This document shows, one piece after another, positions 43,247 through 53,900 of a stretch of DNA of 64,000 nucleotides. The translations under genes were made by a program, and so were the position numbers. Every line of letters begins with the position of its first letter. Positions within the stretch are counted from its first letter, which is position 1. The notes under the pieces were generated by a model. That model was not told where the DNA came from. It worked only from the letters and a program-made list of their open reading frames with translations, and searched no databases. Source of the DNA: Caecitellus pseudoparvulus (Eukaryota; Protista; Bigyra: Bicosoecida). The stretch spans positions 62,001 through 126,000 of the forward strand of contig CBFFRQ010000090.1 in the NCBI GenBank assembly GCA_965644315.1, in the 5' to 3' direction.

Positions 43247-44115
43247 TCACGCTACCCCCAGGCTGGGAGCAGGACTGGTGGTGAACTGCGTCCCCGGGGG
43301 CAGCTTCGCCCATGCCGCGGCTTGCACCTCCCACTCCTGCAGCGCCCTAGCCTCCGCAGCTGCTGCCTCCCGCCAGCGCTCGCGGATGGTCTGCGCCTCC
43401 ACGCCGTCTCCTCCCTCGGCTGCCAGCTCCATCAACGCAGGTCCCCGTGCCGCTGCGGCGGCGTCAGCCATGGCGTCAAGCCTGCTTTCAATTTCGTCCT
43501 CGCTCATGCGCGGGAAGTCGTCGATGGTCACATGGACCGCCCCGCCGTCCAGGTGCTCCAGCACGCCCACCTGCACCCCGAGCAACGCGAGGAGAACTGC
43601 AAGAGCCCCATGCGTGCAGCAAGCGAAGCAACCACGTACGTGATGCAGGGATACGTTCAATTCAGAAGCAAGGTGCGGGCTCGTCAGCTCAATCACGAGA
43701 AAGGTAGCGCTAACGAAGGAACCCTCCTGTGCAGGAGGCGATAGGCTGCGCTACCATGCGCGCGAATGACAGCACAAGCAACGACTGCCCACCTGGACGC
43801 TTGCCTGAACAATGCGGTGCAGGTGCAGGCTTGAGTAAATGCCCGTCTCCGACACTCTGCTCAGCTCAGACATCACGATCTGTCGAGGAGGGTCACAGCT
43901 GCGAGGACTGCGGATTTCGCTGCGGAGTTTGAGGACTGCCAGCACTCACGCACCTCAGCTGCAGCCTTCGCATGAGCTCCGTCTGGCGGTATGCTCACCG
44001 GAGCAACGAGCGGAGCCTGCGTGGTGCCGACGCTTTGGACGAGCTCAGCACCTACGATGCTGGCCATGCACCACGCAACGCAAGCCAACACTTCACAGAA
44101 GCGGAGAGTCGCCAT
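43247..44115 (-). CDS. Hypothetical spliced protein, possibly with a signal peptide
   Basis: Last exon (…VHVTIDDFPRMSEDEIESRL…) looks coding. Upstream donors gtacgt, gtgcgt and gtgagc, and a candidate first exon MATLRFCEVLACVAWCMASIVGA. Exon structure unresolved. Confidence 0.4.
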
Positions 44116-44560
44116 GGCTTGGAGAAACCTCTACACTTGTAGGCAGAGTCAACCTATTGTAGGGTGTGTAATGGTGATCGGTGTGTGAAAAATTGAATGA
44201 ATAGACCTTGTGCCAACCTGCAAGCAAGAGTACTTTTCTGTACAGCTATGGCTGGTTTGGGCAGTCAAGCACCCTTCTTCCTTTCTTCTACGTTCGCCTA
44301 CACACCTTGCCAATGTTCAACTTGAACGCCCTACACACTTCATCACACACCGATAGATAGTCGGTGGCGATCTTCCTTTCGTTGCCTGTCTGCACAGCCG
44401 GGTTCAGCGCTTCAAGCCTCGGCTCCGTGAGCCACAGCAACAGCCGACTAGCTTGGAGGCATACTCCGTCTTCCTCCAGCACGGCAGAGGAATCCACCCC
44501 CACCATTGCAGCAAGGGAAAGTTAGGTAGCTAATTTGGCGTGGAAAGCCATTCATAAGTC

Positions 44561-45991
44561 ATGGTGTCTCCAGCGTTGCTCGCAAAGGCCCTCGGCGTGT
44601 TGCTGGAAACAGACCACGCAACCGAGGCTGCGGAGGCCCTGCGAAGCGTGGCGAAGGATGAAACGAAGGTTCAGCAGCAGGAGTGGAGTATGGAAGGAAT
44701 GGATAGGTACTTTCCAACGCCATTCAATCGCTTCATCTTGACAGGGAAGCTCCCGACGCCAGCTGTATTGCTGTCTTCAGCTTGGTCAATTTCCGCAGGC
44801 AGCCAGCCTGCCGCTGCGTGTGCTGGCTCCGCGGAAGAAGGTGCCGAGCAGGAACTGGCTGAAGGGCGAGTGATGTCTCCACATGAACTTCCTGCTCCTC
44901 CCTGTGGGGACGTGCTGCAGAGCTGCATCACGTTTATTGTGGGCTGTGGCCGGTCAGGCACAACACTGGCCGGCAAGTTGGCAGCTTGCCACCCCCATGT
45001 CGTGTACCTGAATGAGCCGCGGGCACTGTTTTTGCGCGCGGAGTGTTTCAGAGAGTGCGATGTGTGGTCCATTCCTGGGCCAGGATGCGCTGCGTGGCTG
45101 CGAAGTGGGGAGTCCCTCTCGATCCCCCACATGCAGGCAAAGCTTGGCGCACTGCGGCGATTGCTGTGGTGGGAGCTGGTGCTCTCAGCTTTGCCAGAAC
45201 TGGATGAAGACTCGGCTGGGCAAGTGCGCAGCGCAGTGGCAGCATGCCAACCTTTGCCTGAGGCTGTGGTGAGAGCAGTGACTTCAGCCAAGCACCTGGT
45301 GGTGAAGCTGCCTGAGCACGCCTTCCACGTGCCCTTGCTGCAAGCAGCACTGGGCAGCGCCTCGCCCCCACGTGTGGTCCACGTCACGAGGCCCCTAGCA
45401 GGTGTGGTGAAGAGTATCTGCTCGTTTGGAGCGCGGGCGTGGCTGGGCGGCCTGCGAGGTGCCGGCGGACACGCAAAGTGGGGCGCCATGCTGCAGGCAA
45501 CTACAGCCTTGGCAGACGCGGAGGCAGTGTGCTCTGCTGTGCGCCAAGCCTGTGAGTTGCTATGCGCCTGGTGGGCATCGCTTACAGCCGAGCAGCAGCA
45601 CGCTCTGCGCCACTCGCCAGACTGCACGCCAGGGGCACGCCCGGCCATGGCAGAGTTTGAGTGGTGGGCTGCCGTGCTGAGCGTTGTGGGGGAAGCAGAC
45701 CACGCTCAGCCACTGGACCTGCGCCGCCTGATCAAGGACACAGACGCAGCGTGGGCTGACCTGTGCCGCACGGCGGGCCTGCCCACCACTGCAGACGCCC
45801 TGGGCCCCGCTGCCCATGCTTCCATGGCCACAGCCTTGGACTCCTTCCGCTCTCGTCTCAAGGCGCAAAAAGCTCGCACACCGGCGGTGGTCGCTGCGGC
45901 CGAGCAGACGCCGGGGGAGGGCGTGCCCCCCCTTCCCACAGCGGAGTTGGAAGCTGCTGTCGGGCACTTGCTGCCGCCTGGTCTGCTGTGA
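44561..45991 (+). CDS. Sulfotransferase family protein (Sulfotransfer_3-like)
   Basis: 5'-PSB loop FIVGCGRSGTTLAGKLAACHPHVVYLNEP, VVKLP and 3'-PB-like VHVTRPLAGVVKSI. Confidence 0.8.
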   Translation: MVSPALLAKALGVLLETDHATEAAEALRSVAKDETKVQQQEWSMEGMDRYFPTPFNRFILTGKLPTPAVLLSSAWSISAGSQPAAACAGSAEEGAEQELAEGRVMSPHELPAPPCGDVLQSCITFIVGCGRSGTTLAGKLAACHPHVVYLNEPRALFLRAECFRECDVWSIPGPGCAAWLRSGESLSIPHMQAKLGALRRLLWWELVLSALPELDEDSAGQVRSAVAACQPLPEAVVRAVTSAKHLVVKLPEHAFHVPLLQAALGSASPPRVVHVTRPLAGVVKSICSFGARAWLGGLRGAGGHAKWGAMLQATTALADAEAVCSAVRQACELLCAWWASLTAEQQHALRHSPDCTPGARPAMAEFEWWAAVLSVVGEADHAQPLDLRRLIKDTDAAWADLCRTAGLPTTADALGPAAHASMATALDSFRSRLKAQKARTPAVVAAAEQTPGEGVPPLPTAELEAAVGHLLPPGLL

Positions 45992-46032
45992 TGTGGCCCG
46001 GCTACCAGCGCATCAGTGCATTTTCAGTGGGG

Positions 46033-46572
46033 TCAGGGGAAGGTGTTGGCCACCAAGGCCGCCTTCGTCGCTGCCTTTGCCTTGTCGTCCCCTGCCTTCT
46101 TGATGTAGCGCAATCCACAGTACTTGCACACAGCGGGCAAACGGCCATCGCGAGTGTCCAGCTGAATCCACTCAGCGGGGTGTCCGTTCTCGCCACCTCC
46201 TGCACCGCGCCGCGCCAGGCTTGCGTGAGTTGGGCAAGCACACGGCAAGGCGGCACCCCACGCCAACGCACCTCCTTCGCAGACGGCCATGTTCCCATCA
46301 ACCTCGATGGGAGGCACATCTGCGATCAACGTCTCTGCGTTGCTCCTGTGCTTGGGCATGTCCTGCACATGGCAGCGGCGAAGCTGTGTGCGCGGCGATT
46401 CAGGCGGCAGTGCAGTGCCGACACGCACCCCGTAGTATTTGTGGTAGTTGCCGACTTGCGGGACTTGGTCACCATGGTAGGCACGAACTTGCACAGAAGC
46501 ACAGCATGCTGATACTGCTGGGCGGCTGTGGCTCACAGCACGCCGCACCGCAGTGCGGAGGGCCAGGGACAT
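46033..46572 (-). CDS. NDUFS6: NADH:ubiquinone oxidoreductase 13-kDa zinc-finger subunit (3 exons)
   Basis: Presequence MSLALRTAVRRAVS; introns 46363-46428 and 46200-46271. AETLIADVPPIEVDGNMAVCEGG-GGENGHP...CKYCGLRY (zf-CHCC). Confidence 0.92.
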   Translation of the reverse strand: MSLALRTAVRRAVSHSRPAVSACCASVQVRAYHGDQVPQVGNYHKYYGVRVGTALPPESPRTQLRRCHVQDMPKHRSNAETLIADVPPIEVDGNMAVCEGGALAWGAALPCACPTHASLARRGAGGGENGHPAEWIQLDTRDGRLPAVCKYCGLRYIKKAGDDKAKAATKAALVANTFP

Positions 46573-46817
46573 GGCTTGTGCGGAAATTGATGGTGTTGTG
46601 GCGATGAGCTTGCCTCGAAGGGCATGCACGTTTGCCGGTCTGTGTGAGACGGGCTGGACGGAGGGGGCTGACGTGGCGGATCGGGATTTGTGCGGATGTG
46701 TGAGCGGCAGAGGACCGTGGGGTGTCCACAAGGTAGGTTTGGCGAATGACCATATACATTATTGTGCCTGCCAGGCACCATCAAAGTTGCGCGTCTGCTC
46801 CAGCACGACGCAAGGAT

Positions 46818-49800
46818 TCAATCTGCACCAGCCTCCTCCTCTTCCTCTTGCCCCTCTTCGGGGGCTTCTACACACCCACTCCCCTCTCCGTGCTCCTCCA
46901 CATACGCCAGGTGCTCCGGCCACCCAGCTGGCTCCTCCCACTGGCTCACCCCCGTCAGGATGTGCACGTAGAAGCCGTCGCCGTCTTCGTCCACGATGTA
47001 AGTCCACTCGAAGCGCCCCTCCACGGCTGCCCGCACGCCGTTCGCCTGCAGCAGCTCATGGTGCTTGGCCCAGCCCGGGGGCGGCTCCCACTGACTCTCC
47101 GGCACGTCTCGAATGGCTTCATCAGAGCCAGGCACGGCTTCGCCTGCCTCGATCTCCTCTTTGGTCGTTACGACAGCCTTGTTCATGAAAAACTCGTCAC
47201 CGTCTTCGTCATTCACGGTTTCCCACGGGTACTCCACAGTGCCAAGGGCATTTTCAGGCGCTTCCCATGTGGAATCGCCGGTGTAGCAGTTCACGTACCA
47301 CACATCTTCACCATCGCTGTGCTGAGTCCACCAGCGCCCCCAGGCATCCACAATGGGTATCTCCTCCTCGCCAAACTCATACTCCCCTCCCAGTGCCTCG
47401 GCGCCCTCTTCCGTTTCGTCGACTTCTGCGACCTCGTCTGCGTCACCTTGTGTGGCCTCTGACGTGTCCGCTTTCTTCGAAGCGGTCTCAGCAGTGCCGC
47501 TGCCATCACCCGAGTCCCCTGAAACAGACCGGTTGCCGCTGGCAGGAAGGGGAGAGAACGATTTATCCGCAACGACAGCCATGGAAGCACGGCTGGCAGC
47601 TGTGCCGCCGACTTTGCCAGGGCCAGCCTGACCGGGCTGACGCGTGGGGCTCGCGGGCTGCTTGGGCAGCTCCAACACACTGTCTGGGAGGGCGTCAACG
47701 TCCACCTCGTGCACCTCCTCTTCAGGAACAGACTCGGCGATAGACACGTCTGTTCCCATGCGCCGTCGCGGGGCCATCGCGTTCGCCATGGTGAATGTGT
47801 CCCCAACGACACTGCTCTGGGCAGGGGGGAGATTCAGGGAAGGTGGCTTCTTCGGAGGGGTGGTGGTGCTGCCCATACCAGTGGTTGGCGCTGGGGTCAT
47901 GGGCACTGCGGGCAAGCTGTCACTTCCAGGCCCAGGCCGTGCAGATGGCGCTGACACCCAATCAGGCACAGACTTCGCCCCCGCTCCCCTCAGGGCGCCC
48001 GACAGAGCCGAGGAGGCCACACCACTTGCTGCAGCATGCACCGCCAGCACCTCCCCTCGAGTCAGGCGGCACTCGGCATCCTTGTCCACACGGGCACCGG
48101 GGAAATTGGCCCGCATGGAGCCTTTGCCTGGCGCCCCAGTGCTGTACCTGCGCAGGGCTCGGATGCCGGAAGCCTTGTGGAAGGTCTTGCTGGCCAGGGG
48201 GTCGGAGTGGAAGGAAGCTTGGCGGGTCAAGTCGGAAGGGGGCGGCTTTTCGCCTGGATCAGCTGCCCCACCAGAGCCCGCGGCAGCCGCTGGTGTGTGG
48301 GCTTTTGCCATGAGCAGCAGCATGCGGCGACCTTGCCAGCCCCTGTACACCCTGGAAATGGTGGTCACAGCGACATGGGGCCCACAGTGCTGCTGCAGGG
48401 TGCTCACCCACACTGCAGCATCGGCTGGCGTGGCGGCGGCACACCGCAGGCTGGCTCCGCTCGATACCTTCAACACGAACATTCTGCTCCCACAAGCTCG
48501 CCGGTCTGCCTCGCGGTGCAGGTGGGAAATGGTGCGCAGTGCGATGCGCTTAGCGCGAGATGTGGCTTGCGTCGCGTCCCCGCTCCAGAAGAACAGCGAC
48601 TCATACTTGACGGACAGCACGAAATGCCTGTGAAGGTGGGGTGCGGGTAGAGAAACATGGGTGTTCACGCAGGGCAGGGTGAGGCGAGGGGGTGGCGCGG
48701 GACGCACTTGATCCACCACTTGTACTTTCCATGGGGAGCTTGGATAGCCAGCGCGCCGTGGATGGCAACGTCGCTGGAGAAATCGAAGTCTGGGAGTGGT
48801 CCCACATGGTTTGTCTTTTGCACTGATGGGGCGCCGAAGGGGTGCTTCTTGTTCCCACCCCCGACTGCCTTAGGGCTTCCCGCTCCCGGCTTAGCGTCCA
48901 AGCCAGCCTGAGCCTTTGCAGCTTGCGCCAGCTCCTCGCCACGGTGGGACACTGCCTGGCCCGCAGGTCGCCGCACATCGACATTGGAATTCATGGAGGA
49001 CCGGCGCACGCGTGTGGAAGGCGTGACGCGTGCGGATCCGACCTGAGGTGCCGCAGCTGTCGAGGGTCGGCGGCGCTGCTTGGGTCCGCCTTCCCTTGGT
49101 CGCCGTTGGGGACTCGGCGAGGCTGGTGGGCGCGGCAGGGGGTGTGTGGCCGAATCATCACCGGCACTGGGGAGGCTGAACGAAGCCACACGGGCTCGAT
49201 CCAGCACCTGAGGGCTGAGCTTTGTGTCAATGCTCTCGAGAGTTTTCGACCGACGAGGGGACGGGGGGGCGATGGAGGCGCGCTTCCGGGCGGCAGTGAC
49301 AGAAGCAGTGCCAAACTCGTCGCTGGACAGCCGTCCCCGCCCCACAGAAGGTGGTAGCTTCCGGGCTGGCCTAGCGGGCGAACCACTATCCTTGGCAAAG
49401 GATAGATCCCGAGCACTGCGACCTCCGGAGCTCTTTGGGCTGTCTAGTGCCCCAGGGCGAGGAGGCAGCGGTGGCGGAGGGCCGCTGCCAAGCTCCATCT
49501 GTCCTGGTGCTGGTGCGGGCGCAGGTGCTGGTGCTGGAGCTGGAGCTGGAGCTGGTGCTGGAGCTGGAGCTGGTGCTGGAGCTGGCTCAAGTCCTGGTGC
49601 TGGTGCTGGAGCTGGTGCTGGAACCGGAGCTGGAGCTGGAGCTGGTTCAAGTGCTGGCGCTGGAGCTGGCGCTGGAGCTGGTGTTGGTGCTGGTGCTGGT
49701 GCTGGTGCTGGAGCTGGAGCTGGAGCTGGAGCTGGTTCAAGTGCTGGCGCTGGAGCTGGCGCTGGAGCTGGTGTTGGTGCTGGAGCTTGTGTTGGGGCTG

Positions 49801-50578
49801 GTGCCGGAGCTGGAGCTGGTGTTGGCGCTGGAGCTGGAGCTGGAGCAGGTGCTGGTGCTTGCTCGACGGTTGTAGAGGGTTCAGCGCGAGTGTGTGGGTC
49901 AGGTACAGCTCCCGCCTTGCGTGCAACTGGTGCAGAAGGTGGTCGAGGAGGTGGGCCTGGAGCAGGCCGTGCAGCATTGGGGCGAGCAAGGGCTGTTTTG
50001 TCTGTGCGCACGGCAACGGTGACTGCCTGCAGCGCCATGAACATGGCGCCGCGCTGGGCAGCAGGAGCCGCCTCCAGCGGGGTGTTCCCTTCGGCATTCA
50101 CTGCGTCAGTCGGCGCCCCTGCCGCGACGAGCGTCCTGGCAACGGTCACCCTTCCAAGTTTGCAGGCAAGGTGCAAGGGGGTGTTGCCGTCAGTCCCTGC
50201 CGCGTGAAGGCTGTCTGGGTCACTGCCTCGAAGCGTAGCCGCCACGTCACTTTGGTCTCCTGAAATGACTGCTTTATGCAGTGCGGAGTAGCCGAGCTCC
50301 TGTGAAGAAAGGGTTACGCATCGGGATCACAGTGACTACGGTGGAGGCTCACGGGCAAACGACACGGGCGGATTTCGCTGTTGCGGCACAAGATCGCGTG
50401 CGACCTGGCGCTGGAAGCGCACCTTAGCCTTGGCCAGCAAGAGGGCAACGTCAGCCTTGCCGGCTTCTCTGGTCTTCATGAGACCCACGAGATCGTCTTT
50501 TATCGACGGGCGGGTCGAGGGTGGCCCCCCCGGGGGAGGGCCGGGCGGTGGAGGCGCTGCCCCTCGTGAGGTGGCCAT
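46818..50578 (-). CDS. Ankyrin repeat - Pro/Ala repeat - PH - IQ - 3x WW domain scaffold protein (3 exons)
   Basis: Introns 50300-50422 and 48628-48707. Ankyrin GYSALHKA and GNTPLHLACKLG; PH (HGALAIQ..KWWIK-HFVL...AAVWVSTLQ); IQ-like ISRVYRGWQGRR; WW (WYVNCYTGDSTWEAP, FYVHILTGVSQWEEP). Confidence 0.85.
49507..49860. repeat. Hexanucleotide (gctggw)n coding repeat giving a (Pro-Ala)n linker, with a 90-nt higher-order unit
   Basis: Direct inspection. The block gctggttcaagtgctggcgctggagctggcgctggagctggtgttggtgctgg occurs at 49641 and 49731. Confidence 0.95.
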
Positions 50579-50907
50579 GCCAAGCTTCGTGCTGCCTCCA
50601 CGGCAGCTGGGCAAGGCAAGGGGAGCGTGTGTGGGCTGCTGCACGGTAGCAGCCGCACTGTGTGCATTGCACACGTGCTTTGATATGTATTTTTGTCCCA
50701 CAGCGGTGTTTGTCTGCAAGGTTGCAGCTGTGCGTGTTGTGCAAAGTACCAGCCTGGAGCATTTTCCGCAGGCCCACGCGCGGTGCCGCAGTTGCACGTC
50801 ACCGTGCAGCTGCCACGGGCTGCTGCCGTGCGCCATGCATACTCCACGGATAGAAACATGCCCCACTGCACTTCCTCGCGAAAAACCGTGCATTGCACAG
50901 AGTGCGC

Positions 50908-53900
50908 CTAGTCAGCTGGTGCGGCTGCAGCACCTTCCACCACCCGAACTGCAGCAGATACAAGGCTCCTTGCAAGAATGCCGACGATGGCAGGGTCACA
51001 GGGCTCCCATGCCTTGGAGGTGGGAGTGGCGGGCTGGAAGGGGGTGGGGGCTTGTGGGCCCAGCAGCAACCTGGCCCACTGTGCTTGGGCGCTGCCCAGG
51101 TCCTGCTCTGGCATGGGCTGCTCCCGGGGTCGTTTGGAGCCTCCGGTGGCGGGGAGGCCAGTGCGGGCGCCGGCCTGTCGCAGGAAGCCCCGCGACACGT
51201 GCACGGCATGCAGGACAGATGTGGGCGAGAGGCCCTCCAGCACCTGCAAGGCTGCCGCCTCCACTCCCGTTGGCTGTCCGCCACCGAGCGCCAAAATGGC
51301 ACGGTGCGTGGCCCACCACCACTTCAGTGCAATGAAGGACGCCCCGATGACGTCTGGGGCACCTAGCCACGTGCGTTGCCACAACATGAGGGGGAGTGGG
51401 TCGGGGCTTATCGCCGCCGCGGCAGCAGCAGCGCTCTCCGCCTCCCCCGCCTCCCCCGCCCGCACTGCTCTCGCCACTGCCTCGGGCATGGCGGCAGACA
51501 CTCCCTGCGCCTGGAAGGCCCCGCCCTCCACTCGTTGCATGGGGGCTTGTATGGAGCAGGCGAGGACCGCCCCGTGTGACAGCCACGCGGCGTCAGCGGC
51601 ATCTTCTGAGCTCTGGGCTTGTCTATGCGTGGGCAAGGGCGCGCTGGCTACAACTGCTGCCGCGCGAGGGTGCAGGGACTCCAGCATCCAAGCGCCCAGG
51701 CTAGTGTGCTTGCCTGCTACCGGGCAACCGCCGAGGAGCGTGGGGTGGGGCACGGCGGCGGGGGACTGCAGTGCCTGGGCGGCGGTCTCTTCGTCTCCGT
51801 CGCCCGGCGCCTCCGAACCGTCGTCCACAGCTCCGGACTCAGTCTTGGACGAAGTAGTGGTGGCATCACCGTCCTGAGCTGTGTCTTGCTGAGGCAAGAC
51901 CAAAGTCATGGGTGGAGGAGGCGTGGGGCTGGGTCCGGACCCCGCCACAGGCTCGTAGCCCACATCAGCGCCAGTGGAGTAGTTGCCCAGTGCATGGGCA
52001 CCCGGAAAGTACAGTGCATGCATGTGCTTGTCCAGGCCAGGCGCCTGGACGGCAGGCAGCGTGGAGTGCATGTACAGCCAGAACAGGGGTGAGGTCCAGG
52101 AGCCAGGGGAAGGCGTCATCCACGCGCCGGGCCGCGGACCTTGCGCCGCCGGCGTACCCAGCGCCACTTCCTCCCCAGGCAGCAGCCTGCCCTGCTCCCC
52201 TGGCCCCGCGCCACCGCACAGGGCCACGAGGTGCCCGAGAGACAGCCGCTCAGCGAGTGTGAACACATGCCCACCATTGCGCAGCTGAGCAGGCTTGTCC
52301 AGGTCACCGCCAGGGAGGAAGGCAGGCTCCACAGCTGCGGGGGACTCTGGGCTGGGACTGGGGTCCTTGACTGGGGAGCCCACAGTGGGCAGGTCAGGCG
52401 GCGTCAAGCGTTCACACAAGACACATGGCGCGCCGACACCTTGCGCGAAACGCCCGGGAGCAGCCTCCGCCAGGTGCCCAGAGGCCAGGGGCTGGGAGGT
52501 GACTGGGCCAGGGAGGCTCCCCGACCAGGCAGACGCCGCCACAGTCTTGGCCCCGGAGCATAGCTGGGAGGACGCCTCCGCCATTGAGGCAAAGAAGCAC
52601 CCCAGCACGCCCACCAAGCGGGAGGTCGGATCGTCGGCGTCCTCTGGCGCGTCCTCTGGCAAGCGTGCCGTGTGATGGGAGGGATGTGGAAGCAGGATGC
52701 GGGGCTGCTGGTGCAGCACGCCACTGCGGGCCAGAGCGCTAGACAGCACGAGGCTCTCCACCCGCAGCGCGTGCACGAGCAGGGGTGGCCGAGGAGGGAA
52801 GCGAGGCAGGAGTGGCGCGAGGGTCTCCCGTGCCAGGGTCGACAACAGCGGAGCAGGCAGGGTCGTAGCGGCGCCGGTGATCACGGCGTGGCACAGCACG
52901 GGCGTGGAGCCGTCACTGCCCCACATGCGGGCGGCCGCATCCCCTCGGGTGCCCCCCTTGCCGCCATCCAGCGCACAGCTGCGCTTTGCGAGCGGGCGGT
53001 CGGCTGTGTGGGGTGCTGGCGGGCTGAGGGGAGCCGCGCTGGCTGGCATGGGGAAGATGAAGGCGGTGATGGGCAGGCGCGGCAGCCCGAGGCGTGTCTG
53101 GCTCCTAACCGAGGGACAGGGCTGCACGGAGCTGACAAGGGCAGGGCCCGGCGTCGCCACGGTTGAGCGCAGGGCCACCAGCAGGCGCGAAAGGGTGGAC
53201 ACCGGCTCGGAAGACCGCCCACACAAGTGGAAGTCCCTGCTGCCAAGGCGCACGCTCACAGTGCAAGCAGTGATGGCGGACAGCACCTGCATGGCCACGT
53301 TGGGTTCGGGCACAGGGTGTGGGGGTGCTGAGCTGTCAGGGACATGCCCGGGGCGCTGTTGAGCAAGACGGGGGGGTGAGGCGTCTGACATGGTGGCTAG
53401 TCCTGCTGTCAGGTGCACTGTGGACTCATCTGGCGTGCTGCTAGGACCGAGATTCGTGGCAGGGGGGGACAGCGGTTCGCGGGGCGACAAGGAGGGCGGA
53501 ATACGCGCGTGGTACAGACACAGCCCCAGCGCCAGCAGTCGAGCGGGGAGAGCAGAGGAAGCCAGCGCTGTCGGCAGGAAGGCGGGCCCGGGGAAGGCTG
53601 CTTTTGACAGCCACTCCCACGCATGACGCGGGGAGATGCCACCTGGAGAGGGCGGACCTGGGCCCAGCAGCGGCGGCCAGACAGCACCGCCTTGCTGTGT
53701 GGGGCCAGCATACTTCGAGGTGGTGTGCAGCGGCCCAAGGGACGACGTTGGCACCGCGCTGGCTGGGCCTAGCACGGCTGGCGCCGCAGGCCGAGCAGCC
53801 CCGGCAGTGGCCAGCGGCTGTGGCACCGCCAGGGGGCACTGCAGCGCCCGTGCTGAAGCGACGGTGGCCGCCCATGTGCTGGAGAGGCGCAGCGAGCGGG

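Noticed and set aside
44288-44506. 72-aa minus-strand ORF head-to-head with the sulfotransferase
   Set aside because: Could be an exon (gtgtgt donor), but I could not build a convincing gene model or find a homology signal.
8144-46428. Stop-free introns with length divisible by 3 (8144-8209, 42528-42590, 46200-46271, 46363-46428)
   Set aside because: About four of some twenty introns is near chance expectation for short GC-rich introns. Noted only as a caveat that other long ORFs may hide introns.
49507-49860. CRISPR-like, telomeric or polyQ-coding array
   Set aside because: No unique spacers. It is an in-frame (Pro-Ala)n linker; the LELELV and QLQLQH frames are alternative readings.
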